A stretch of DNA of 64,000 nucleotides from Candidatus Moraniibacteriota bacterium (GTDB lineage Bacteria > Patescibacteriota > Minisyncoccia > Moranbacterales > UBA1568). Shown piece by piece: positions 9,041 to 17,717 of the stretch. Each line of letters begins with the position of its first letter. Positions within the stretch are counted from its first letter, which is position 1. Both the position numbers and the translations under genes were made by a program. The stretch covers positions 13,730 to 77,729 of the forward strand of contig JAAXTX010000002.1 in assembly GCA_013336285.1 (NCBI GenBank). Direction: 5' to 3'. The notes below the pieces were generated by a model, which did not search any database, was not told the DNA's origin, and worked only from the letters and a program-made list of their open reading frames with translations.

Positions 9041-10957
9041 TCAGGGAACGACATTATATCCTTCGATCGGTATCCCCTTGTCCTCGATAAGCTGTGTCGT
9101 CTTTTCCGCTCGTTCGATTCGGACTCCCTTCCCGGTGAACGAGTCTTTTCCCTCGAGCATCGCGGAAAGAAGGATATTCGGAGATCTGTTCACCTGGTTC
9201 GGCGCCGGAACGATGGACACTTGCATCGAAAAATCGCGGGAACCCAACTCCGTAGCGGGCAGATTGCCGATATCCCATATCAGTTGACCGGTCCGGTCGT
9301 TGTAATTTACCGAGGCATTCTCCGGAAGGAACTTTCCGGTATACCGCACACCGGTCGGAAGGTTGATCGACACTTTGACGCCAGACAAGTCATTCAGATA
9401 ATTCTTCACGCTGAAACGAAGCATGTAGGTCGTCTCCTGACCGACCTTCGGTGGTATCGGGCCGGTATTGGGAATGGCGGTATCGGTATAAAACCCGAAC
9501 GTTTGGAAATTTACCACCGAAGAAACAAGGACATCAAGCGCGTTACTTGCGATGACCTTGTTCGCGCCGGTCGGAGTCGGCACATCGGGACTGTCGATCT
9601 TCGCGACTGTCCGGATCGAAAGCCGCTTCCCCGCGTTTGCGTCCGTCGCGATATCGCTCTTTATCGGAACGGAGAAGGTGAGAGTACCTCCTTCGTTCGG
9701 GCCGAGATGTGCCAGACCGGGAAAGTCGGCAGCAGTCCAAGTAATCATCCCACGCGCCATATCGAACGACCCCTGATATCCGAGCGCCAGTCTGGCCATA
9801 TCAATTTGAGTGGTATCCAGCTGAACTGTTATGATGACATCACGAAGAGAGAGAGTTCCACTATTCACATAATTCAGGTCATACTTAAGCAGATCACCCG
9901 GACTCGCCGTCAGGCCGGTCTGCCCGTTTACTGTCTGTGAAATCGAGAGCGGTGACGCAATCATCCGTGTCGAGCGTTCCTGTTGCTCGTAAGCGACAAA
10001 CGTGCCGTCCCCCTGAAGGACTCCGAGCGAGGCCCTGAGGACTTTTCCCTCATCCTTTCGGCCATTCAACGTCCCATGGATCCTTACCTCCCCGCTCGCT
10101 CCGGGAAGCAGGTTCCCTATCCGCCAAGTTCCCATCCCTTCGGTTGGGTTCGGTGTCGCCAAAACGAGATGAAAACCATCCGGATATTCGGCGACGAGTC
10201 TGATGTTCGAATATTCCAAATCGCTGTCGTTCTGATATCTGATGACGTAGTCGACGTCATTCCCGTCCGCAGCCTCGAGAGGAGCCGACGACTCCAAAAA
10301 GAGCGGCGAAGAGGCGATGGTGACCCCGACCTGATTTCCCGTTTCGAAAACGCTCGAAAGGCCGGCCGGTGCGAACCGGAGATTCGTTTTCAGATAGGAT
10401 AGCGAGCCTTTCGAACCGTAGAATTTCCCGGAGAATGTCATCTCACCGGATCCGTTCCTTCCGATATCCCCGACGGACGCCTTGGCGGAATTTCCCTGCA
10501 CCGAAAGACCGACTGCCTTTTCAAGCCGGAATGCCTCCGGAAAAATGACCTCCATTTCGGCATTTTTCGCGGCAAGTATGTTTCTGTTGTCCCAATGTAC
10601 GGTAAACGAGACTACCGCACCGCTTGCCACGTTGGCGGGACCGGTTATCGATACCGTCACCCGCTCATTCGCGAACAACATCGAGCGAAGTGCGGAAAAA
10701 TTTACAACGAATGCGCCGACTATCAGCACGACGATCCCGCCCACGTACCATTTCCAGTGTCTCCCGGAAAATTCCACGAAGCGACGCAGCATCGTCTTCC
10801 TGATCGGAATCTGCGATTCATCCCAATGCTCGGCATCGAATCCGACGCCTCCTTCCCCGTCCCGATGTGTCGCGCCCGGATCATAGACCGTCTTCATGTC
10901 ACGGTCACTCTTGAAATCGCGATGATGGATCCGCTCGTTGAGATCTTGCAGCCCCAT
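9041..10957 (-). CDS. Membrane-anchored protein with repeated DUF11-like beta-sandwich domains (cell-surface protein)
   Basis: 638 aa with an N-terminal transmembrane helix followed by repeated modules of the conserved-repeat-domain type (for example GDLLKYDLNYVNSGTLSLRDVIITVQLD and GVKVSINLPTGVRYTG). The true start is uncertain. Confidence 0.55.
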   Translation of the reverse strand: MGLQDLNERIHHRDFKSDRDMKTVYDPGATHRDGEGGVGFDAEHWDESQIPIRKTMLRRFVEFSGRHWKWYVGGIVVLIVGAFVVNFSALRSMLFANERVTVSITGPANVASGAVVSFTVHWDNRNILAAKNAEMEVIFPEAFRLEKAVGLSVQGNSAKASVGDIGRNGSGEMTFSGKFYGSKGSLSYLKTNLRFAPAGLSSVFETGNQVGVTIASSPLFLESSAPLEAADGNDVDYVIRYQNDSDLEYSNIRLVAEYPDGFHLVLATPNPTEGMGTWRIGNLLPGASGEVRIHGTLNGRKDEGKVLRASLGVLQGDGTFVAYEQQERSTRMIASPLSISQTVNGQTGLTASPGDLLKYDLNYVNSGTLSLRDVIITVQLDTTQIDMARLALGYQGSFDMARGMITWTAADFPGLAHLGPNEGGTLTFSVPIKSDIATDANAGKRLSIRTVAKIDSPDVPTPTGANKVIASNALDVLVSSVVNFQTFGFYTDTAIPNTGPIPPKVGQETTYMLRFSVKNYLNDLSGVKVSINLPTGVRYTGKFLPENASVNYNDRTGQLIWDIGNLPATELGSRDFSMQVSIVPAPNQVNRSPNILLSAMLEGKDSFTGKGVRIERAEKTTQLIEDKGIPIEGYNVVP

Positions 10958-11017
10958 ATGGTTTTACGTTGTGTTTTCCCTCACAGTATAGCAGAAAACC
11001 GATAGTGACAGAATGCG

Positions 11018-11734
11018 CTATCCGATGATGTGCGCGAGAAAGAGTTTCCGAATCCTGGTCAGTTCCGCGAGGTCCGATCCGCCGACGCGGACCTTGAGGA
11101 TCGACGGAAGCCGATTGCCGAGTATGAGACGGATAAGTTTCACGGCGTTCTCCCCGATCCGGACGGAATGTGAACCGGCATGTTCCTCGGTGACGATGCC
11201 GCCCATCTCGGGACTGAAGAAACAGCGATTCCCGGAACTGAGCGGTCCGCCGGACGCTGCGCACGCGTCGGCTTCGATCCGATATCCGAGTTCGTCGAAC
11301 AGCCGTATGAAGAACGCTTCGGTCAGCAGCGGCGTGAGAGGCATCTTCCCTTCGTGGACAAGACCGTCGAGCAACGAAAGGTATTCCGACAGCATGAAAA
11401 AAAGCCTTTCATCAGGCTGTTCCAATCCTACGAGACGATCGAACACCGAAGCCGTGTCAAGCCCCGTCGAAAGCGTCTCGTACTCACCCCGAAGCGCCAT
11501 GAACGACTCCTCGGCGATCGCGCCGGCCACCTTGCCGATCCCGCGGCCGCGCACGACCGTCACATCCGAAAGCGTGAGTGTCTCGAGCGCTGCGGCAAGT
11601 TTTGCGGCCGGCTTTCGTACGCCGATCGCCTTCGCCTGTACCTTGCCCATTTCTCGGGTAAAGAAAGTATACAGACGATCGGTCTCCCCGATCTCTTTTT
11701 TGCGCAGTACGATAGCGGTCAATCGAAGCTCCAT
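11018..11734 (-). CDS. recO: DNA repair protein RecO
   Basis: The N-terminal OB-fold region MELRLTAIVLRKKEIGETDRLYTFFTREMGKVQAKAIGVRK matches the RecO pattern. The longer listed ORF (to 11836) is probably an upstream artefact. Confidence 0.65.
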   Translation of the reverse strand: MELRLTAIVLRKKEIGETDRLYTFFTREMGKVQAKAIGVRKPAAKLAAALETLTLSDVTVVRGRGIGKVAGAIAEESFMALRGEYETLSTGLDTASVFDRLVGLEQPDERLFFMLSEYLSLLDGLVHEGKMPLTPLLTEAFFIRLFDELGYRIEADACAASGGPLSSGNRCFFSPEMGGIVTEEHAGSHSVRIGENAVKLIRLILGNRLPSILKVRVGGSDLAELTRIRKLFLAHIIG

Positions 11735-11808
11735 TTGGAGAGAAATGAAGAATTGGAAAGTATGAAGAAAAAATGTTGCGGTACCAATCGATACGATCTT
11801 ATGAATCC

Positions 11809-12321
11809 TTAATCTTCCAGAAAACTCAGGATGCACTCAACCGAATCTCCGATTGCCGTATCGGTATCGAGAAATAGCTTCGGATCCGACATGATGCGAT
11901 AATCGAAGTCATTTCTCATGAAACATCTCTCCGCATCGTGATGCGCCGGATGCCGCTCCCGCGACCGGAATCTCCGCTCCCGCTCCGGTTCATCGATCCG
12001 ACAAACGACGACGCGGACGACATGTCCACTCTCGGCGATATGGGCGATCCGATCCGCATTGCCAAGACGGTCAAACGTCGCATCACAAACGATATCATGT
12101 CCACTTTCCAAAGCCTCGTCGATAAACTGGAACAGACGAACGTTCACTTCTCTGCTGAAGCGGTCGCTCTCTTGAAGCGATGTGCCGCTTTTTTGACGAT
12201 ACAATTCAATCTTCACGTCATCCTCGCAGCATCGAACGATTCCCAAGCGTTCGGAGACAATTTCGGAAAGGGTCGTCTTTCCCGAACCAGGCAACCCGCA
12301 GAATATAATGGCCCTACTCAT
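11809..12321 (-). CDS. P-loop NTPase/kinase (AAA_33-like), paralog 1
   Basis: 170 aa with the Walker A motif GLPGSGKTT at residues 9-17. It is about 45% identical to the 12915-13424 product. Confidence 0.7.
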   Translation of the reverse strand: MSRAIIFCGLPGSGKTTLSEIVSERLGIVRCCEDDVKIELYRQKSGTSLQESDRFSREVNVRLFQFIDEALESGHDIVCDATFDRLGNADRIAHIAESGHVVRVVVCRIDEPERERRFRSRERHPAHHDAERCFMRNDFDYRIMSDPKLFLDTDTAIGDSVECILSFLED

Positions 12322-12329
12322 AGAAAATA

Positions 12330-12878
12330 CTACAGCAAGCCGAGATAATCGAGACCGAGATACCCGACATTGACGTCGGTCAACTGTCCTGAACGGAGAT
12401 GTGTGCGAAACTCCGACAATGTCATCAATACCGCCTCCACATTCTCCCCATTGTCTTCCAAGCGCGGCTCGGCAATTTTTTCACAATCCGTTACGACGAA
12501 CGCATGCCTCCGGGACGACGCGTATGCATCCACCAGCAATGTTGCGACATATTGAAGCGTACCTCGATATCCGGTCTCCTCCAATAGCTCACGCGCCACA
12601 GCGACCTCCGGAGTTTCCCCTTCCTTCGCGCTGCCGCCCGGAAGTTCACACACGACCTTGGCCGGACCGGGCCTGTATTGTCTCGCGAGAATGACTTTTC
12701 CGTCCTTCGTCATCGGCAGACAACAGATCGGGTCATGCCCTCCCTGCAGATAGAAATCCGTCTCTCTCCCATCAGGGAGTCGGAACATCACCTTCTCAAT
12801 CACCCGACTGTATTTCCGAAAGACCTCTTCCCGGGAAAGTTCTTTCCATGGTTGAACTTTATCCATATTGATATTCAC
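12330..12878 (-). CDS. NUDIX hydrolase (ADP-ribose pyrophosphatase-like)
   Basis: NUDIX box GGSAKEGETPEVAVARELLEETG. Confidence 0.85.
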   Translation of the reverse strand: MNINMDKVQPWKELSREEVFRKYSRVIEKVMFRLPDGRETDFYLQGGHDPICCLPMTKDGKVILARQYRPGPAKVVCELPGGSAKEGETPEVAVARELLEETGYRGTLQYVATLLVDAYASSRRHAFVVTDCEKIAEPRLEDNGENVEAVLMTLSEFRTHLRSGQLTDVNVGYLGLDYLGLL

Positions 12879-12914
12879 TACCGAATAAAATGATTCGGAA
12901 AGAAATTACTTTCC

Positions 12915-13424
12915 TCAATTGAGAAACTTTATAATTTTCTCAACTGACTCCCCTATCGGCTTTGCCGTATCTAACAAGAGTTTCTTTCCCGGCATCAATC
13001 CATAATCAAATATATCCTCGAAAAAAGTTCTCTCCGTGCCATGATATGCCTCATGCCGAGGACGGCTGACAAACCTCCGCTTTCGTTCTTCTTCGTCCAC
13101 CCGACACACAATCACTCTTACATCCCGCCCCTCAGTCACCCATTTTACGAATTGTTCTACATTGTCCGGATGATTGAACGTCGACTCGATGATAATATCG
13201 GTTCCGTTCTTCATTGCGTCATCCGCCAAAGCGATGAGGAGTCGTATCGAATGAAATCCGATCTTCCGACTATCATCAAGACTCATTCCGTTCAGATACC
13301 CATGCAAACGCTTCTTGACCGCATCCTTATGCAAGCAGAATATGTTCATCTGACACGAAACCTCGGTCGCGAGAGTCGTCTTCCCCGAACCGGGTAAACC
13401 ACAAAATACGATGACCCTGTTCAT
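12915..13424 (-). CDS. P-loop NTPase/kinase (AAA_33-like), paralog 2
   Basis: 169 aa with GLPGSGKTT and a conserved ...VCR(I/V)DE(P/E)ER(E/K)RRF.SR.RH.A.H..ER.F..DFDY..M block shared with paralog 1. It overlaps the ileS stop by 4 nt. Confidence 0.7.
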   Translation of the reverse strand: MNRVIVFCGLPGSGKTTLATEVSCQMNIFCLHKDAVKKRLHGYLNGMSLDDSRKIGFHSIRLLIALADDAMKNGTDIIIESTFNHPDNVEQFVKWVTEGRDVRVIVCRVDEEERKRRFVSRPRHEAYHGTERTFFEDIFDYGLMPGKKLLLDTAKPIGESVEKIIKFLN

Positions 13425-16400
13425 ACATTCCGTTTGAGTGCGAAGGAAAACATCCCCCCCTCTATCTTCGCGATCTCGCGATAGTCCGCATCCGCTATAT
13501 CGCCGCGAACGACTTCGGTCGCAAGTGTCTCGCGCGCGATCTCATCCCCGAATCCGTTCACCTCGACATCTCCGTCGAAGACCCGCTCCTTCCCCACGAT
13601 ACCGAGCGTGATCCTATCACTCACCTCGAATCCGGCTTTCTTGCGCCCTTCCTGGATCGCCCGAATGATTTCCCGTGCCTCGCCTTCGAGTGCGAGCTGT
13701 GGGGTGATTTCGGTATCCAATGCGATATCTTCGACCGTGGAACCGTCGAAACAGACTCCTTTAACATTGAGCTCCTCGAAAATGATCCGCTCCAAGAACA
13801 ATCTATCCTGAGAATCCGAGACGGCATCGAAAAGTTCCTGGTATTTCTCGCTTTTCAGCCGGATCTCGTTCAGAGGTTGCCGTACCTTGATTTTCGCCTC
13901 GGCACGTTTCTGAAGTCCTGAGCTGACAATCTCTCTCACCTGACTCATCATCACATTTAGCTTTTCATCAATTTTTCCTTCATCCGTTTCCGGCCACTCG
14001 GCAAGATGGACCGACCCGGGAACATCCTTAGATTCCGGGTCAAGCCCGGAATGACAATTCATAAGGTTCAGATAGATCTCCTCGGAAATGAACGGGGTGA
14101 ACGGTGCCATGAGCTTCGAGAGCGTGACGAGTACCTCGTAGAGCGTCGCATAGGCGGCGTCCTTGTCTCCGTCGTTCTCGTTCTTCCAGAAGCGCTTCCG
14201 ATTCCGGCGGATATACCAGTTCGACAGTTCATCGATGAACGATTCGATCTTGGCCGTCGGCGAATACAGGTCGTACGACGCGAGTGCCTCATCGACCTCG
14301 CGGACCAGCGCCTGCAGTTCGGACAAAATCCAGCGATCGAGGATATTCTCGGATTTCTTCGCATCCTTCCTTGGTTCCCACCCGTCGATCGACGCGTACG
14401 TCGTGAAGAACGAATACGAGTTCCAGAGCATCCGGAAGATGCGGTTCATCACGTCGCGCATCCCTTTCTCGTCGAACCGTTTCGGCAGTCCCGGCTGGTT
14501 GATGGAATACAGATACCACCGCAGCGCGTCCGCCCCGTATTTCTCGAACATCTCGAACGGATCCACGACGTTCCCCTTGGACTTGGACATCTTCTTTCCC
14601 TTCGCATCGAGGACGTGTCCCAGACAGACGACGTTCTGATACGCGTTTCCTTCGCGCACGACTCCCGCCTTGTGAAGCAAGGTCGCGATCGCGTGCAGCG
14701 TGTAGAACCACCCGCGGGTCTGATCGATCGCCTCACTGATATAATCAGCCGGGAAGTACTTCCCTTCGCCGATCCCGTTTTTCTCCTCGTCGGTCGCGCT
14801 TGCGGGAAATCCGAACTGCGCCAAGGGCATCGCTCCGGAATCGAACCACACGTCGAGCACCTCGGGTGTCCGTTTCATCGCCCCCTTCCCGCATTCGCAC
14901 GGCCACCATACTTCATCGATATACGGCTTGTGTAGGTCTTCCGGTTTCTTTCCGGACAGTTCCTTAAGTTTCGCTTTCGAATCGACAACCATCCTATGCC
15001 CACACCCGGTGCATTCCCATACCGGAATCGGCGTCCCCCAATATCGGTCGCGCGAGATCGCCCAATCCTTCGCCCCCTTGAGCCACTCCCCGAAACGGCC
15101 TTCCTTGATGTGCTCCGGCACCCAAGCTATCGACTCGGCATTCTGCGTAAGCTCCTCACGGACCGTGCTCATCGCGATAAACCACGACGGCTTCGCATAA
15201 TAAATCAAAGGCGTATCACACCGCCAGCAATGCGGATACTCATGCTCGTATACTTCTTCACGTAAGAGCAATCCGCGCTCACGGAGATCCGCGACGACGA
15301 GTTCGTCCACGGCAGACTTGTTCTTGTCATTCTTTTTCTTGACCGGCATACCGGCCCCGGGAAACCCTTTCAGCATCTTTCCCTCGAGGTCCACCGTGTG
15401 AAGTGTGGGAAGTCCGTTCGCCCGTGCAAGCTCCGCGTCATCCTCACCGAATGCCGGCGCGATATGCACGATGCCGGACCCGTCATCGGTCGTCACGAAG
15501 CCCGCCGCATATACTTTCCAGGCGTTCTCCAGGTTTTCATCCGCACCTTCAGCCGTTCCTTGGAACAATGGCTCATACGCGACTCCGACCAACTTCCCGC
15601 CAAGCACTGTCTCGTTCACTGTGAAAGCATCGGGTGATACGGCATCTTTCCGACCCGAGGCCATAATGAGATTTTCCGATACCGACTCGGCACCCTCGGC
15701 TGTGCCGGGCGCCGCGACCGTCCCCACCACGTATTCGATATCCCCGTTCACGGCAAGCGCGACATTCCCCGGAAGCGTCCACGGTGTCGTCGTCCACGCG
15801 ACGAGATACGTTCGGTCATCGGCAGTGAATGCGCCGATCTTCTGACCGGGCTTCACCCGGAATTTCACGAATGCGGAAGTATCCTTCACGGTCTGATATC
15901 CCTGAGCTACCTCGTGCGAGGAGAGCGCTGTCCCACACCGGTAGCAATACGGCACGACCTTATGCCCCCGATAGAGGAGATCGTTCCCGTTCGTATCCTT
16001 CTGTTCCGCGATCTTCGAGAACTGCCACCAGACCGATTCGATATAGCTATCCTCATAGGTGACATACGGATGTTCCATATCCACCCAGTACCCCATACGC
16101 TTCGTGAGCTTCTCCCACAGATCCCGATACTCCCAGACGGATTCTTTGCACTTACTATTGAACTCGATGACACTCGCGCGCGTATCGCCCGGCACGATGT
16201 TCTCGATATCCTGCTTATTCCTGAGTCCGAGCGCCTTTTCCACCTGGAGCTCGACCGGCAATCCGTGCGTGTCCCATCCGGCCTTGCGGCGAACACGATA
16301 ACCCTTCATCGTCTTGTAACGCGGCACGGCATCCTTGAACGATCGGGCAAGCACATGGTGCAAGCCCGGCTTCCCGTTGGCCGTCGGCGGTCCCTCATAA

Positions 16401-16528
16401 AAGACGAAGTCTCCTTTCGGCGCATCCTTCTCGACGGACTTCCTAAAGATATCGTTCGCGTCCCAATACGCGAGAATTTCTTCCTCCATCTTCGGGAAAT
16501 CGGATTTGGGGTCGATTTTTCTGATCAT
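13421..16528 (-). CDS. ileS: Isoleucyl-tRNA synthetase
   Basis: 1035 aa with the HIGH-type motif PPTANGKPGLHHV, KMSKS as KMSKSKGN, and editing and anticodon-binding regions. Confidence 0.95.
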   Translation of the reverse strand: MIRKIDPKSDFPKMEEEILAYWDANDIFRKSVEKDAPKGDFVFYEGPPTANGKPGLHHVLARSFKDAVPRYKTMKGYRVRRKAGWDTHGLPVELQVEKALGLRNKQDIENIVPGDTRASVIEFNSKCKESVWEYRDLWEKLTKRMGYWVDMEHPYVTYEDSYIESVWWQFSKIAEQKDTNGNDLLYRGHKVVPYCYRCGTALSSHEVAQGYQTVKDTSAFVKFRVKPGQKIGAFTADDRTYLVAWTTTPWTLPGNVALAVNGDIEYVVGTVAAPGTAEGAESVSENLIMASGRKDAVSPDAFTVNETVLGGKLVGVAYEPLFQGTAEGADENLENAWKVYAAGFVTTDDGSGIVHIAPAFGEDDAELARANGLPTLHTVDLEGKMLKGFPGAGMPVKKKNDKNKSAVDELVVADLRERGLLLREEVYEHEYPHCWRCDTPLIYYAKPSWFIAMSTVREELTQNAESIAWVPEHIKEGRFGEWLKGAKDWAISRDRYWGTPIPVWECTGCGHRMVVDSKAKLKELSGKKPEDLHKPYIDEVWWPCECGKGAMKRTPEVLDVWFDSGAMPLAQFGFPASATDEEKNGIGEGKYFPADYISEAIDQTRGWFYTLHAIATLLHKAGVVREGNAYQNVVCLGHVLDAKGKKMSKSKGNVVDPFEMFEKYGADALRWYLYSINQPGLPKRFDEKGMRDVMNRIFRMLWNSYSFFTTYASIDGWEPRKDAKKSENILDRWILSELQALVREVDEALASYDLYSPTAKIESFIDELSNWYIRRNRKRFWKNENDGDKDAAYATLYEVLVTLSKLMAPFTPFISEEIYLNLMNCHSGLDPESKDVPGSVHLAEWPETDEGKIDEKLNVMMSQVREIVSSGLQKRAEAKIKVRQPLNEIRLKSEKYQELFDAVSDSQDRLFLERIIFEELNVKGVCFDGSTVEDIALDTEITPQLALEGEAREIIRAIQEGRKKAGFEVSDRITLGIVGKERVFDGDVEVNGFGDEIARETLATEVVRGDIADADYREIAKIEGGMFSFALKRNV
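14041..14066. repeat. REP-like palindrome copy inside the ileS coding sequence (in-frame, encodes CHSGLDPE)
   Basis: GATTCCGGGTCAAGCCCGGAATGACA is the reverse complement of the 2283-2305 element. Confidence 0.55.
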
Positions 16529-16694
16529 ATGTTTGATATCAATAGAATTATATGACGATTGCTATGACACGAAAACCTCTCATTTCCCAAAGCTACGGAT
16601 GGCGCCACCCTTGATTATCACTCTCTTGCAAAATACCATCCCAACCACACATACAGCTTATTTCAAGAATAAGCATGCCCCTTCAAGCCTAACC

Positions 16695-16722
16695 TTGACT
16701 TTTCTTTATTTTCATGTATAAT
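16695..16722 (+). promoter_or_regulatory. Near-consensus sigma70-type promoter TTGACT-N16-TATAAT
   Basis: TTGACTtttctttattttcatgTATAAT, about 55 nt upstream of the small ORF at 16778. Confidence 0.5.
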
Positions 16723-16777
16723 AGAAGTAAGTTGAAAAACTGGCTTCTTAGCTTCTTAAAAATCATAAAAATCTACC

Positions 16778-16927
16778 ATGAAAAAATTTATCGTTTCCGC
16801 ACCCCTTGTGGGAATGCTCGCCTTCCTCGGCCTTGTAGTGGCGGCGGAAGGCAGCGAGGGTTTCTTGCGAGCGTTAAGCTCGCTTGGGACCGCTTTCTGC
16901 ACTGGTCCAATAATTTTTTTACACTAG
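16778..16927 (+). CDS. Small secreted or membrane peptide (49 aa) with N-terminal signal-like helix
   Basis: MKKFIVSAPLVGMLAFLGLVVAAEGSEGFLRALSSLGTAFCTGPIIFLH. It has its own promoter and a downstream hairpin plus T7, and lies in a low-GC insert. It is below the ORF-track size cutoff. Confidence 0.4.
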   Translation: MKKFIVSAPLVGMLAFLGLVVAAEGSEGFLRALSSLGTAFCTGPIIFLH

Positions 16928-17037
16928 GTTTGAAAACTTACGGCTGCTGGTCTATGATCGGCAGTTTTTTTATTCCAGTATCTTAAAAGGCAAGTCCTCT
17001 TTTGGAAATCCGTCTTCGGATCGATCTTTCTGATCAT
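16924..17037 (-). pseudogene. Orphan duplicate of the ileS 5' terminus (MIRKIDPKTDFQK... followed by out-of-context sequence)
   Basis: About 40 bp at 16998-17040 match the ileS start region 16488-16530 at about 82% identity, with shared TTTCTGATCATAT. The first 13 codons match IleRS MIRKIDPKSDFPK. Confidence 0.5.
16941..16971 (+). terminator. Intrinsic terminator (hairpin CGGCTGCTGG...CGGCAG followed by T7)
   Basis: Imperfect stem followed by TTTTTTT, immediately after the small ORF. Confidence 0.4.
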
Positions 17038-17048
17038 ATTCGATTCGA

Positions 17049-17468
17049 TTATTGATCTAATGAGGCTAGAAACGCCGCCTCATCCGGATACCGCTCCTCG
17101 AAAATGAGATAGAGCGTTTCCGGTTTTTCAGGTTCGCCGATCAGGATCAGATGTTTACCGAGCCCGTACGCGATCCCCGCCTCGATATGAGCGGCGTTCC
17201 CGCACGGCAGCAACATGATGACTTTCTCCGCATTCTTCAATCCGTCCAAGTCGCAACGGAACATATCGATGAAATGCGGGTTTGTATAAAAATTCTCGGT
17301 CGCTTCATGTATCGCCATCTGTTCCTCGGGACTTGCGTCCGGATTCTTCGGATCAGCCGGTATCTCGCAGAAATCATAGCAGGTCTTTCCCCGTTTACGC
17401 AGTTCGGCAACCAGCGCCTGCACCCGTTCCTTGTTTCGGAATTTCGAAATGATGGTGAAATCGGTCAT
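17049..17468 (-). CDS. Nucleoside 2-deoxyribosyltransferase-like (PF05014-like) protein
   Basis: The LPCGNAAHIEAGIAYGLGKHLILIG motif and a size of about 139 aa fit the NDT-like fold. The start is assigned to MTDFTIIS..., and the longer listed ORF would run over a terminator hairpin. Confidence 0.5.
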   Translation of the reverse strand: MTDFTIISKFRNKERVQALVAELRKRGKTCYDFCEIPADPKNPDASPEEQMAIHEATENFYTNPHFIDMFRCDLDGLKNAEKVIMLLPCGNAAHIEAGIAYGLGKHLILIGEPEKPETLYLIFEERYPDEAAFLASLDQ

Positions 17469-17717
17469 AGCGGTTGATACAAAAAATCCCTCCCCGAAAG
17501 ACAGGGAAGGACGGAAAGACCGTGGTACCACCTTCGTTCGCGACGACCGAACCGTCCGATCATCGCCTTCGTGTACGGCTGTCACGGGCCTACCCGTCGG
17601 ATTCTACCGCGCCAAGCCGAAGCGCTTCGCGAAGGCTGGCTGCCTTCTCACGTATGACTGACGTTTCTTTCCGAGGCGTACCCCGATACGGATCGGGGCT
17701 CCGGAGTGATGGCTCCG
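17469..17717 (-). promoter_or_regulatory. GC-rich structured leader with intrinsic terminator immediately upstream of the NDT-like gene (candidate riboswitch/attenuator)
   Basis: On the minus strand it has long-range complementary segments (GGACGG...CCGTCC). It ends with a CCTTCCCTG...GGGGAGGGA hairpin plus T6 about 10 nt before the ATG. No coding potential. Confidence 0.3.

Noticed and set aside
7893-9287. 464-aa plus-strand ORF overlapping tgt; 255-aa ORF at 7096-7863
   Set aside because: Antisense to tgt and the P-type ATPase respectively. Their Arg-rich composition is typical of GC-rich frame shadows.
14006-14935. 309-aa plus-strand ORF and several 80-160-aa ORFs within 13600-16300
   Set aside because: All lie within and opposite to ileS, whose HIGH/KMSKS-containing product is certain.
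17469-17585. N-terminal 39-aa extension of the NDT-like ORF as listed (start at 17585)
   Set aside because: The extension would be translated through a strong terminator hairpin and a GC-rich structured region. The downstream ATG (MTDFTIIS) is the more plausible start.
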